Source of the DNA: Escherichia phage SelmaRatti
Length of the DNA stretch: 64,000 nt
Sequence record: MZ501103
Direction: 5' to 3' (one strand)
Positions 29,518 through 38,483 of the stretch are shown piece by piece. Numbering within the stretch: the stretch's first letter is position 1; each line of letters starts with the position of its first letter. The notes beneath the pieces were generated by a model. It was not told the DNA's origin. It saw nothing but the letters and a program-made list of their open reading frames with translations, and searched no databases. A program made the translations under genes and the position numbers.

Positions 29518-29600
29518 GGGTCGTTAGCCAAGTGGTTTGGCGGCGGATTGTTAATCCGTGTCGAAAGACAACGTAGGTTCGATTCCTGCACCCGCTGCCA
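29518..29600 (+). pseudogene. tRNA-Asn(GTT)-like, aberrant (about 14-nt extra segment, non-pairing acceptor)
   Basis: D-arm GCCA/TGGC and anticodon arm GCGGA-TTGTTAA-TCCGT fold well, but 3-prime ACCCGCT does not pair with 5-prime GGGTCGT. Confidence 0.4.
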
Positions 29601-29620
29601 TCTTAATAGAGGATTTCGAA

Positions 29621-29785
29621 ATGAAAGTATTTCGATTAGTAGTAAGTGATCGACGTTCTAGCAAAGATCGTTCGAAGTATACCTTAGCCCACTATGGTAA
29701 AGATGAAAAAGAAGTAATGGTGGAGTTTGGGATTAATCATCGCTACTTAGAAGTTTACTCTATTAAGGAAGTTTATCCGTATTAA
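29621..29785 (+). CDS. hypothetical small protein (54 aa) between tRNA genes
   Basis: ATG 29621 after RBS AGAGGA; ORF-track start lies inside the upstream tRNA-like element. Confidence 0.4.
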   Translation: MKVFRLVVSDRRSSKDRSKYTLAHYGKDEKEVMVEFGINHRYLEVYSIKEVYPY

Positions 29786-29863
29786 GGGTCGTTAGCTCAA
29801 TTGGTTAGTAGCACTTGCCTTTTAAGCAATAGGTTGAAGGTTCGAGTCCTTCACTACCCACCA
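29786..29863 (+). tRNA. tRNA-Lys(TTT)
   Basis: Acceptor GGGTCGT/ACTACCC (one mismatch), anticodon loop CTTTTAA, T-arm GAAGG-TTCGAGT-CCTTC, CCA. Confidence 0.65.
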
Positions 29864-29870
29864 AATTTTT

Positions 29871-29944
29871 GCTCGGTTAGTTTAATGGGAGAACCCCGTC
29901 TTTACACGGCGGTTGCGATAGTTCGATTCTATCACCGAGTACCA
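29871..29944 (+). tRNA. tRNA-Val(TAC)
   Basis: Acceptor GCTCGGT/ACCGAGT, anticodon loop TTTACAC, T-arm GATAG-TTCGATT-CTATC, CCA. Confidence 0.6.
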
Positions 29945-29969
29945 ATTAACTCAAAATAAGGAATTGCAA

Positions 29970-30329
29970 ATGCAATTATCAAGCAAGATTCAAGGTTATT
30001 TCGGTCATGTGACAATGGAGTTCGCTATCTCTAAAGGTTGGGATTTCGAGCAAGATCTAGCTGAGTTCTACAAAGATATTGATCTGAACGTACCGTATAT
30101 GGGACTTTCTACTGGTCAGGAGATCACAGAAGCCGATGTATTCAAGGCAAGTCAAGGTGAGATAACACCTAGTTTTGCCACTTTTTGGAGTGGCTTCACA
30201 ATTAAAGAAGAAGCTCCAGATGATGATGTATTTATGCAAAGCATGCACTCTGGGAGTTCTGATATGTTATTTGTTAAAGATGTACGACATATCCAAGAAG
30301 TGGTAAAAACGTATTTGCAAAATGCTTAA
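29970..30329 (+). CDS. hypothetical protein (119 aa)
   Basis: ORF; ATG 29970 after RBS TAAGGAA. Confidence 0.5.
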   Translation: MQLSSKIQGYFGHVTMEFAISKGWDFEQDLAEFYKDIDLNVPYMGLSTGQEITEADVFKASQGEITPSFATFWSGFTIKEEAPDDDVFMQSMHSGSSDMLFVKDVRHIQEVVKTYLQNA

Positions 30330-30876
30330 TTTCTTGTTATAATATTTATATAAATTGATGCGAAAATAGCTGCCTAGATACCAGGTGTATGACGTCTACA
30401 CTAGCAGAGCTACCGAAAAAGAGATCCTCAGGATAAACGTCGTAGCAAAATTAGTCTGGTATCCATCAATTTAGTTCACTAAGGTATTAGCTCGACCTAG
30501 GACTGGCTGCCAAAAAGCACGACCCCTACGACTCGGGAGAAGTTCTAGATTAGTCCACTAGATTCAGCGGCAACTGAATAGTGTATCGGGTTTGTGAAGA
30601 GCGGCTATCCTCTACTGGCTAATGTATGAGGTTAGTACGCACACCGAGCTAATAGCCTTAGTAAACTAAAGAATTTGGGCGAATAGTGTCAGCGGGAGCA
30701 CACCAGACTTGCAATCTGGGAGGGAGGGTTCGAGCCACTCTTTGTCCACCAAATTAAAAAGAATGCGCGCGATTGACGGAATAGGTATACGTGTAAGCCT
30801 TAGAAGTTGAATTTTGAGGGTTCGAATCCCATCGAGGCGTAACTGCCTGGTGTGATAGAGGCATCATCTTATTATT

Positions 30877-30967
30877 GGAAGAGCAAATCGAATTGGCGAC
30901 GAAAACCGCTGGGAAAGTGGCTGACTGGTAAAACGGCTTGAGAGTTCAAATCTCTCCTCTTCCGCCA
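30877..30967 (+). tRNA. type-II-length tRNA-like gene, anticodon unresolved (possibly Ser or Leu)
   Basis: Perfect acceptor GGAAGAG/CTCTTCC and T-arm GAGAG-TTCAAAT-CTCTC with CCA; internal arms not resolved by hand. Confidence 0.45.
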
Positions 30968-30979
30968 AACAATTTATAA

Positions 30980-31074
30980 GGTAGGTCAATCCAACGGCTG
31001 GCGATGGACTCCGACTTGAAATCGGTTGATCGTAGTGATACGGTGTAAGGGTTCGATCCCCTTACCTACCTCCA
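30980..31074 (+). tRNA. tRNA-Ser(TGA)-like, long variable arm
   Basis: Acceptor GGTAGGT/ACCTACC, T-arm AAGGG-TTCGATC-CCCTT, anticodon stem-loop CCGA-CTTGAAA-TCGG, CCA. Confidence 0.55.
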
Positions 31075-31440
31075 AATCTTGAAGTATGCCGGAATCGGTA
31101 GACGGGGCTTCCTAAAGGGCGTAAGGGGAACATCCACTCCTCATAAGATACCCGAAAACGAGGCTGAGATAAATGGTCTATCTCGTGAAGGTTCAAGTCC
31201 TTCTGCTTCTTGATACCTCTATGGCTCAAAGTGTAACGGTGCTATTTGATGCTCTTAGTAAGACTTTCCCGACATGCGTTCGGGGGTAAGCTGCTAAGAC
31301 TAGAGTAGAAGAGTTTCGGAGAGCCGCCACAATTGAAAATTCGTACTCGTCTTGAGCTGCGTGCAATAGGAGATAACTTGATTAGTATTCTAGAACATGC
31401 TAATTGAGGAAGGTTTCTCTAACCCTGCGAGTTTTCAATT

Positions 31441-31531
31441 GTGGCTATATCATAATTGGTTAATGATCCTGATTGTGAATCAGGCCTTCCAAGCCTCGCT
31501 GAGTAGGGTTCGATTCCCTCTAGCAGCTCCA
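31441..31531 (+). tRNA. tRNA-His(GTG)-like with unusually long extra arm
   Basis: D-arm TCAT/ATGA, anticodon arm CCTGA-TTGTGAA-TCAGG, T-loop TTCGATT, CCA; 19-nt variable region and one acceptor mismatch. Confidence 0.45.
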
Positions 31532-31548
31532 ACTTTAAGGAAACATTT

Positions 31549-31770
31549 ATGCACGTTTTTGAGTTTAGTGATAAAAGTAACAATAAACGAGTTATTGTTA
31601 TTGGAGAAACATACCGAGCTTATGAACAAACTGACGGCTCTGTTATCTTGAATGATGAGAAAGCTGGTTTCAGTTTCTATCCTGACGAACCTTATGAAGA
31701 GTTTCGTACTAAGTTTCTTTTACCAGACTGGCTAGCAGTAGCCGAGCAACGAGAATCCAAAGATGGCTGA
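31549..31770 (+). CDS. hypothetical protein (73 aa)
   Basis: ORF with RBS AAGGA immediately after tRNA-like gene. Confidence 0.5.
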   Translation: MHVFEFSDKSNNKRVIVIGETYRAYEQTDGSVILNDEKAGFSFYPDEPYEEFRTKFLLPDWLAVAEQRESKDG

Positions 31771-32285
31771 TAATCTAAAATTAAGGTTGACAAACAAAAG
31801 AAATACGTTGAGGTTGAATTAGGCGAATAACGCTTAAAGCTAACTTTCGAGTTTCTTCAGCAGTTGGCTATGACAGTTATGACTGATAAGTCTCCTGTTA
31901 TTGAAAAAGAAATCCCGTTGAAATAATGGGATCATCGCTCTTAAAGCATTGCCGGAGATGCAACGGTCTTGTAAACCGTGGAACGGGCGTGACAGCAGGA
32001 AGTAGACTGCAACTCCATGCTATCCAGGAGTATAAATGTAGAAGCTAAGACTTTAGATAGCCATTGTCTTAGCGTGAGCAATCACGTAGTTGCAACAGAC
32101 CAGGGGGATCGCAACGTTAAAATCAAAGCTCCTGTACTTATTAAACTTAATGGGACTATCAATCCACAAGCCGGACTACGAGCGATTATCGGGTATTCAC
32201 TTAATAAGCAAGCCTGCCTTCCAGTTTTTATCTTGCTTCTGGGTTAACAAAAAGCTGAGCCAAATTCTAACATCAGGGAGATCTA

Positions 32286-32654
32286 ATGAAAGCGTATCAA
32301 AACCTTAAATCTGGCGTAATTAACATTGTTCATAACAATCAGATCATTCAACTATGTTCTAAAGATGGTGAACTTAAACAGAAAGTTCTAGTCGAAGATC
32401 TAGAAGGTATCACACCTCACTTTGACCCTGAGGCCTTTCGCATTGTAGATGTGGAAGTGATTCCTCAAATCGAGGGAGGTCAGCACCTAAATGTCAATGT
32501 GTTAAGTCGTGATCAGCTTTTGGATGCACAGAAACATCCTGAAAAATACCCTCAATTAACTATCCGTGTTTCAGGGTATGCTGTACGTTTTAACTCACTG
32601 ACGCGTGAACAGCAGAACGACGTTATTAGTCGTACATTTACTCAGGCGATGTAA
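32286..32654 (+). CDS. GrcA/YfiD-like autonomous glycyl-radical cofactor
   Basis: [11 protein letters not shown]...[36 protein letters not shown] matches the PFL C-terminal glycyl-radical domain. Confidence 0.8.
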   Translation: MKAYQNLKSGVINIVHNNQIIQLCSKDGELKQKVLVEDLEGITPHFDPEAFRIVDVEVIPQIEGGQHLNVNVLSRDQLLDAQKHPEKYPQLTIRVSGYAVRFNSLTREQQNDVISRTFTQAM

Positions 32655-32735
32655 TGGGGCTTGGATACGGTTTCTACGAACTACGTAAGGTAGTCGAGCA
32701 AACTCCATTTATCTCCCAAGTTTTAGGAGAAATGT

Positions 32736-32981
32736 GTGGATCGAGCATTAAGACGTCATCACCGGCAACGTGTAAAGAACAACCGCAAGAAGTATTGGAC
32801 AGTCTTCCCACATGAAGAAAGCCCTAAGCGGTTAGGTATTATCACTACTACTCCTTGCATCTGTTCTTGTTGGATGTGCGGGAATCCTCGCAAACACTTT
32901 AAGAATAGTAAAGCAGGGATGAAAACCTCGGAGATTAGGAAAATGGTGGATGGTAAGCTTTGGCGTGATCATGTGAAATAG
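32736..32981 (+). CDS. hypothetical Cys-rich basic protein (81 aa), GTG start
   Basis: RBS AGGAG 6 nt before GTG; CICSCWMCG cluster. Confidence 0.45.
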   Translation: MDRALRRHHRQRVKNNRKKYWTVFPHEESPKRLGIITTTPCICSCWMCGNPRKHFKNSKAGMKTSEIRKMVDGKLWRDHVK

Positions 32982-33240
32982 TTTGCTCTTTTTCCTGATG
33001 ATGATGTATCATGTATGGCAGTGAAGCCTTGAGCCTTGAGCTTTCGCTTTAATGCATTGTGAAATTTTTATAGATTCACAATGACATTAAGGCCACGCTC
33101 CACCGAAAGGTGATAATGGCAAGAGATTTGGATGAGGCTCGACAGGAAACTGTCGGGCCTTTTCTATATACAGGTAAATAATTTATGTATAACAAAATTC
33201 ATCCACATTAGGTTAATTTAAAAGACTTAATGGAGGTAAT

Positions 33241-33588
33241 ATGAGCCGTACTTATCGTAGACAATCTGGTGATCAGTGGTGGAAGTCTAAAGCTAATTAC
33301 ACCCAGGGATATACTTTCCTCAAAGCAAGTGGCTACTACATTCGTGTTATTTATGCTAAATCCTGGGATGAGGTAGAACAGGAAATGGAAGAAGCAACCA
33401 TTAGTAATGAGAAAAAGGATGGTTATAACTGGAATTCTGTTAGTAAGAATGTTAAGTGGCATTCTAATAAAATGGTTCGTCAAGGAAATCGTCAAGAACT
33501 CCACCGCGTGATGAAAGATCCAGAAAATTATGACTATAATCGCGATCATGACATGCGTAAGCGTGGATTATGGTGGTGCTATGATTGA
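33241..33588 (+). CDS. hypothetical protein (115 aa)
   Basis: ORF with RBS GGAGG. Confidence 0.5.
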   Translation: MSRTYRRQSGDQWWKSKANYTQGYTFLKASGYYIRVIYAKSWDEVEQEMEEATISNEKKDGYNWNSVSKNVKWHSNKMVRQGNRQELHRVMKDPENYDYNRDHDMRKRGLWWCYD

Positions 33589-34102
33589 GAACAAAATGGA
33601 AGAATGGAAAATCATCGAGAATTTTCCATCTTATGAGGTTTCTAGCTTAGGTAGGGTTAGAAACTTAAAAACAGGAAAAATCCGAAAACCCGTAGTACAT
33701 CACAGTGGATACTTACAACTAAACCTAGTAAAGAAAGATGGGTCTAAAAAGACTGTGTATATCCATAGGGTAGTGGCCTTTGCTTTCTGCAATCCTCCTA
33801 AAAACTGGAAAGAATTAACTGTCAATCATAAAGATGGAAATAAGGAAAATGTAGAGGCTACTAACCTAGAGTGGATTAGTATGTCAGATAATTTAAAACA
33901 CACAAGACTTACTGGTTTAAATCATATAGATGGTGAAATGAACGGTAGGGCTTTATTAACAGCAGAACAGGTTCTTTGGATACGGAATGTTTATATACCC
34001 AGGGACAAGGAATTTGGGCAGAAAGCCCTTGCAGAAAAATTCAATGTTAGCAAAGCCACTATAAGCCATATAATAACACGTAGGACTTGGACAGAAATTT
34101 AA
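33581..34102 (+). CDS. HNH homing endonuclease
   Basis: ELTVNHKDGNKENVEATNLEW HNH motif; start at ATG 33581 overlapping upstream stop. Confidence 0.65.
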   Translation: MIENKMEEWKIIENFPSYEVSSLGRVRNLKTGKIRKPVVHHSGYLQLNLVKKDGSKKTVYIHRVVAFAFCNPPKNWKELTVNHKDGNKENVEATNLEWISMSDNLKHTRLTGLNHIDGEMNGRALLTAEQVLWIRNVYIPRDKEFGQKALAEKFNVSKATISHIITRRTWTEI

Positions 34103-34170
34103 ATAATTCATTTGCTAAACCTCTCTTTTCTTGCTATAATATGTTTATAAATTGATGAGAGAGGTTTGAA

Positions 34171-34452
34171 ATGAAAACTCGTCTAGATTGTGCTGTTCAT
34201 GTTCTTGAACATGATGTTGTGGGAACCTGTATGTCTTACCACGAAGCAGGTCGCTTAATTAAAGAACGTGTGGCAGATGTGTGCGGATTGAAGATTACTG
34301 TTAAGGAAGCTGATGATCTTTTAGGTCAAGCACTAGAGAAAACCGAAATGTTTCTCTGCGATTCTTGTTCTTGGTGGTGTGAAGCTCACGAACGTTCTTT
34401 CAACGATTATGATGTATGTCGTGATTGTAGTGGGGAGGATGAAGATGAATAA
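34171..34452 (+). CDS. hypothetical Cys-rich acidic protein (93 aa)
   Basis: ORF after T5-type promoter; CDSCSWWCEAH and CRDC pairs. Confidence 0.5.
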   Translation: MKTRLDCAVHVLEHDVVGTCMSYHEAGRLIKERVADVCGLKITVKEADDLLGQALEKTEMFLCDSCSWWCEAHERSFNDYDVCRDCSGEDEDE

Positions 34453-34744
34453 GTTTATTATTGCACTGATGATCTCCGCAGTTAGTTTCGGTTCTCTGGC
34501 ATCTACCAAAGTTTCTATGAAAAACGGGAATGTTAGGATACAACAGAACGGCATTATTACCGAGTATGGTAAAGTTCGTGATGTTAAAGAACGTAATGGT
34601 AAAGTAGAAATCTATACTAATAAAAACTTCTCTACTCCAGCCGTTACTATTAGCAAACACGGTGAAATAACCACTCAACGTACTAATAGCTCCGGTTCTT
34701 TTACTTGTCGTTATGATTGCGACTTTGAAGGTGAAGATGAATAA
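34445..34744 (+). CDS. secreted protein with signal peptide (99 aa)
   Basis: MNKFIIALMISAVSFGSLA signal-peptide-like N-terminus. Confidence 0.5.
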   Translation: MNKFIIALMISAVSFGSLASTKVSMKNGNVRIQQNGIITEYGKVRDVKERNGKVEIYTNKNFSTPAVTISKHGEITTQRTNSSGSFTCRYDCDFEGEDE

Positions 34745-35132
34745 TTTAGACCCTAGAATTAAATTTGCTATTACAGAAATCCAAGATCAAATTGATGAGG
34801 ACTTCACTGTTTGGTCAAGGTCTGGTAATGGAGAATATTGCCAGCTTTATAGCATGAAAATGGGTATCTCAATTGAGCTTAATATCAACTCTGAAGGTAG
34901 AGTAGAAGCCCAACCTATGTTTAGTATTCCAGGCTTCTCTGGATTTGTTGCAGGTATGAAATTGTGTCTACCAAATAACCATCTTCATCGAGTTATTTGT
35001 CAACTAGAGACTATTAAACACTTCTTACCAGAAGATAACATTAATGACCACTACCATGAAGTAGTAGCAGCTCATATGATGAAAGAATGCAAACGTCGGA
35101 GAGAAGAACGTGAAAAAGCTAAACATCAATAG
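34737..35132 (+). CDS. hypothetical protein (131 aa)
   Basis: ORF; start inferred at ATG 34737. Confidence 0.45.
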   Translation: MNNLDPRIKFAITEIQDQIDEDFTVWSRSGNGEYCQLYSMKMGISIELNINSEGRVEAQPMFSIPGFSGFVAGMKLCLPNNHLHRVICQLETIKHFLPEDNINDHYHEVVAAHMMKECKRRREEREKAKHQ

Positions 35133-35406
35133 CACAGTGCAGATTCCAGCAACTAAGGATATTTTAACATTCCTACGTAGTGAAAACACTCAGTTTTGGC
35201 ACGACTATATTCAGGAAAATAAAAATAATCCAGATATAGTGGCTTTTGCCAAAAAACGTATTGGTGAATATAAAGATCCAGAGATTAAAGATGGGATGAT
35301 TACCATGCAATTATGGATAGCTATGAAAACCTTTGGACCCACTATGAGTCTAGGATTTACTCCACTGTTTACTAATATTCTAATTAATGAAAAGGATCTG
35401 AAATGA
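35110..35406 (+). CDS. hypothetical protein (98 aa)
   Basis: ORF. Confidence 0.45.
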   Translation: MKKLNINSTVQIPATKDILTFLRSENTQFWHDYIQENKNNPDIVAFAKKRIGEYKDPEIKDGMITMQLWIAMKTFGPTMSLGFTPLFTNILINEKDLK

Positions 35407-35687
35407 TTATCTCTCCGTTTGCTCTTTGGTTCGTCATTGGCTCTGTGGTTGCTATTTACAGCTGTGTTGACGATGTGTTCTTCTCGAAAAACAAGGCTGT
35501 ATTATTAGAGCATCTGTGGCGAACTTCCCCAGATACTTTAATCTTCTTTGGTGCGGAAAAGGGATACAAGATCGCCCTAGTGATATTTATTATAATTGAC
35601 ACATTATTAGGGCCAGTAGCTCTCTACGGATTCTATCGTAAAACCCGCAAGATGAAACAACTCAAAGCTAAATACTTTGGGAAGTAA
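35403..35687 (+). CDS. hypothetical membrane protein (94 aa)
   Basis: Two hydrophobic helices. Confidence 0.5.
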   Translation: MIISPFALWFVIGSVVAIYSCVDDVFFSKNKAVLLEHLWRTSPDTLIFFGAEKGYKIALVIFIIIDTLLGPVALYGFYRKTRKMKQLKAKYFGK

Positions 35688-35797
35688 AGAATTCGCGTAG
35701 GACCGAGTTGCGTCACCTGCAACTGTTACGGATAAGGGAGTCGTGCCCCTTAGTGCGGTAAGTGGTGAGTTGGTCGCTGACCTTAACTGGAGATGAT

Positions 35798-36142
35798 ATG
35801 ACTATAGTATTAATTCTTGTTACCACTTGGTTTTTAATTGGTGCTGGGTATGCAGTAGATGTACTTAGACATTTGGACGAATATTCTGCTGAATGGTTCA
35901 TCAAATACCTTCGTATCGACAACAAGGAACATGAATTTAAAGATGAAAAGCAGAAAAAGGCAGTAGAGAAAATGACAGCCAAAGAATGTTTATTCTACAT
36001 GCGTATTATAGGATTCTTTGGGTTATTAATTGCTGGCCCAATTGGTTCTACTATTGCTCCGTACAAAGAAACAGTTGCTGACATCAAATTATGGAGAAAT
36101 GCAGGGGTACTACGCAAAGCTAGAGAAACTAATATTACATAA
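35798..36142 (+). CDS. hypothetical membrane protein (114 aa)
   Basis: ATG 35798; MTIVLILVTTWFLIGAGYAV TM helix. Confidence 0.5.
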   Translation: MTIVLILVTTWFLIGAGYAVDVLRHLDEYSAEWFIKYLRIDNKEHEFKDEKQKKAVEKMTAKECLFYMRIIGFFGLLIAGPIGSTIAPYKETVADIKLWRNAGVLRKARETNIT

Positions 36143-36296
36143 GATTGACACTAAGTCAACTTACTAGCAAAAGCAAATAATGACAAAGCCCAGCCTGCAC
36201 TTTTGCGACTGGGCTATTTTTGTAATAAAATTTTAGTTGCATAGATGCCCAAACTTTTGTATAATATACTCATAGATTGAGGCAATAGGATTAAAT

Positions 36297-36995
36297 ATGA
36301 GAATCATTTCTAAATTCGCAGATGTGTATGATTTGCAGAACAGTTTGTTTGATCCCGATCGTGTTTGGGAGCGTAAAACTGAAGAGTTACTAGTTAAGGT
36401 AACTGATGATGCAGAAAAGAACATTGTGCATACTCGCCAAGTATTTCGTGAGGGTTCACTATCTTTCCGTGGTGACTTCGAATACTTCGTAAACCCACTG
36501 TTTATTGCAGGTGAAGTTTACTGGCTACACGAGCTGTACTGCTGGCACCCAGCATTTAGTTTCAAAACGTTCAACCTCGACACTATGTTCGATAAAATGG
36601 AAGAGATGGGATTGCATGCTCGCTCCTACTTAATGGATAAGAGTCGTGGAGATGTTCGTGAAACAATGCGTGATTTGCTCGTTGAAGCAAAACCTAAAGC
36701 AGAACGTATCTTGTCCGAACTGCGTGTACCGATTGCATATGTGAAAGGTATTAAGAAGAACGATAACGATGATGTTCGTAACTTCGTGATTCAGACTAAC
36801 ATTCGTTTCCATCAGTCAGGTATTCCGTGGCAGGAAATTGAAAGTAACTTATACCGTTTACACCAGATGATCGAGCAATATATCTGGGGCGTGTTAGGAA
36901 CCGGTGAACCAAATACTATTACGATTTCCGATAAGGATCGCTTAGCTGCACATGGATTTGATACGATTACATCATTCAGGAATATGAAAAGATGA
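36297..36995 (+). CDS. hypothetical protein (232 aa)
   Basis: ORF after T5-type promoter near 36245-36275. Confidence 0.55.
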   Translation: MRIISKFADVYDLQNSLFDPDRVWERKTEELLVKVTDDAEKNIVHTRQVFREGSLSFRGDFEYFVNPLFIAGEVYWLHELYCWHPAFSFKTFNLDTMFDKMEEMGLHARSYLMDKSRGDVRETMRDLLVEAKPKAERILSELRVPIAYVKGIKKNDNDDVRNFVIQTNIRFHQSGIPWQEIESNLYRLHQMIEQYIWGVLGTGEPNTITISDKDRLAAHGFDTITSFRNMKR

Positions 36996-37435
36996 TAAAA
37001 AACTTTATTAGTTCCCTATGGCAAGGTAAGTGGTATATCCTGGGAGCAGGTCTAGCGATAGGCATCGGGTTCGGTGCTTATCACTTAGTAGATAAAGTGG
37101 AGACTCTAGCAGGAGATCTTGCGGTAGCTACTAAAAAGATTACGTCCCTAGAGACTTCCCTTAATAATATGAAAGCTGAGAGTAAACTTCGTGAAACTCG
37201 TATGAATCAGTATTTCACAATGAATAATGTTTCCCAAGCAGATCTAGACAAGAAGATTAATCAGCTTGATAAGGCACTTAGTCGTCAAGATATTATAGCT
37301 GCAAAGCCTGGATTGGTTACATTAATTGCTAAAAAGCAGAGTAAAGAATTTGAGGAGAGATTAGCATGTCTTTCTGGAAGTGTGGAATACTGCTCGCAGC
37401 CGCAATCACAATCACAGGCTGTGCACAAGAAATAA
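36992..37435 (+). CDS. i-spanin (Rz-like) candidate
   Basis: N-terminal TM helix then coiled coil; 3-prime end overlaps the lipoprotein gene in another frame. Confidence 0.6.
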   Translation: MIKNFISSLWQGKWYILGAGLAIGIGFGAYHLVDKVETLAGDLAVATKKITSLETSLNNMKAESKLRETRMNQYFTMNNVSQADLDKKINQLDKALSRQDIIAAKPGLVTLIAKKQSKEFEERLACLSGSVEYCSQPQSQSQAVHKK

Positions 37436-37719
37436 AGCCAGAACCTACACATGAGCTACCAACAGCTCACGTAGATTGGCCTAAAGGACTTCAACCTTGT
37501 AGCTTTGACTTTAAGTTTGAAAAGAAATTAGCTACAAATGGGGAAGATGGCGTAGTAGTAGTCGTACCATATAAAGATTGGAATATGTTGGCAAAATGCC
37601 GTGAGGCAGAATATTCATATATTTCACGGCTGACAAGTATGGTTTGCTTCTATCGCCAAGATTTACAAGAAAAACGTTGCTTAGTTTACTATCCACCAAT
37701 TAACAATAGGAAAGATTAA
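37366..37719 (+). CDS. o-spanin (Rz1-like) lipoprotein candidate
   Basis: Signal peptide with lipobox ITGC; gene overlaps upstream TM/coiled-coil gene. Confidence 0.6.
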   Translation: MSFWKCGILLAAAITITGCAQEIKPEPTHELPTAHVDWPKGLQPCSFDFKFEKKLATNGEDGVVVVVPYKDWNMLAKCREAEYSYISRLTSMVCFYRQDLQEKRCLVYYPPINNRKD

Positions 37720-38471
37720 TGTCAGTATTAGTCGGTTTACATGGCGAGGCAGGTGCGGGAAAAGATACCGTTGCAAAATTAATTATCGATTGGTGTAATA
37801 ACACGTATCCAACGTGTTTATCCAGTCGTTACAGTTTTGCTAAGCCCGTTTATGAACTTGCATCCGTAATTCTCGGTGTAACTCCAGAGTTTCTAGGAGA
37901 GCGCAGGGGAAAAGAGGTTGACCAATGGTTTACGGTCACACAATCTCAATTGGAGCGAGCCAGAGATGTGTGGTTTAAGTACGGTATCGATAAGTTTGAA
38001 GACTTCTCGTACGTTTGGCCTATTTTTGAGGAAAAATATCTTAATCCTCAACAACTTATCTCAGAGAATAAAGAAGACGGACTTTATAGTTTATTTATTT
38101 CTCCGAGAAAAATGTTACAGCTCGTAGGAACAGAGCTAGGAAGGCAGCTGGTGCATGAACGCATTTGGCTCATAATTCTGGAGCAATCCATCGCTAAAGA
38201 CGACCCAGATGTCGCCGTAATAACAGATGTGAGATTCCCCAATGAAGGAGAGTTACTAAGAGAAACAAACCATTTAGATATGGATTCTTTGATATTAAAT
38301 GTAGTACCCGCTGAGCAGAAGTTCACTATTAAATCAGATCATCCATCTGAAAGTGGTATTCCTGCAAAATATATTACTCACGAATTAGTTAATAAATTCG
38401 ATGGTATCAATAACCTTAAACTAGAAGTTTATAACTTCTGTGACTTAGAGCTAAAACCACTAGTTGGATAA
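37719..38471 (+). CDS. deoxynucleoside monophosphate kinase-like P-loop kinase
   Basis: P-loop GEAGAGKDT near N-terminus; 250 aa. Confidence 0.6.
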   Translation: MSVLVGLHGEAGAGKDTVAKLIIDWCNNTYPTCLSSRYSFAKPVYELASVILGVTPEFLGERRGKEVDQWFTVTQSQLERARDVWFKYGIDKFEDFSYVWPIFEEKYLNPQQLISENKEDGLYSLFISPRKMLQLVGTELGRQLVHERIWLIILEQSIAKDDPDVAVITDVRFPNEGELLRETNHLDMDSLILNVVPAEQKFTIKSDHPSESGIPAKYITHELVNKFDGINNLKLEVYNFCDLELKPLVG

Positions 38472-38483
38472 TCAAGGATCGCT

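Noticed and set aside
30700-31215. Additional tRNA genes at T-arm motifs near 30727, 30816 and 31187
   Set aside because: No acceptor strand pairing with the 3-prime side could be found within tRNA distance; kept as a finding rather than called as features.
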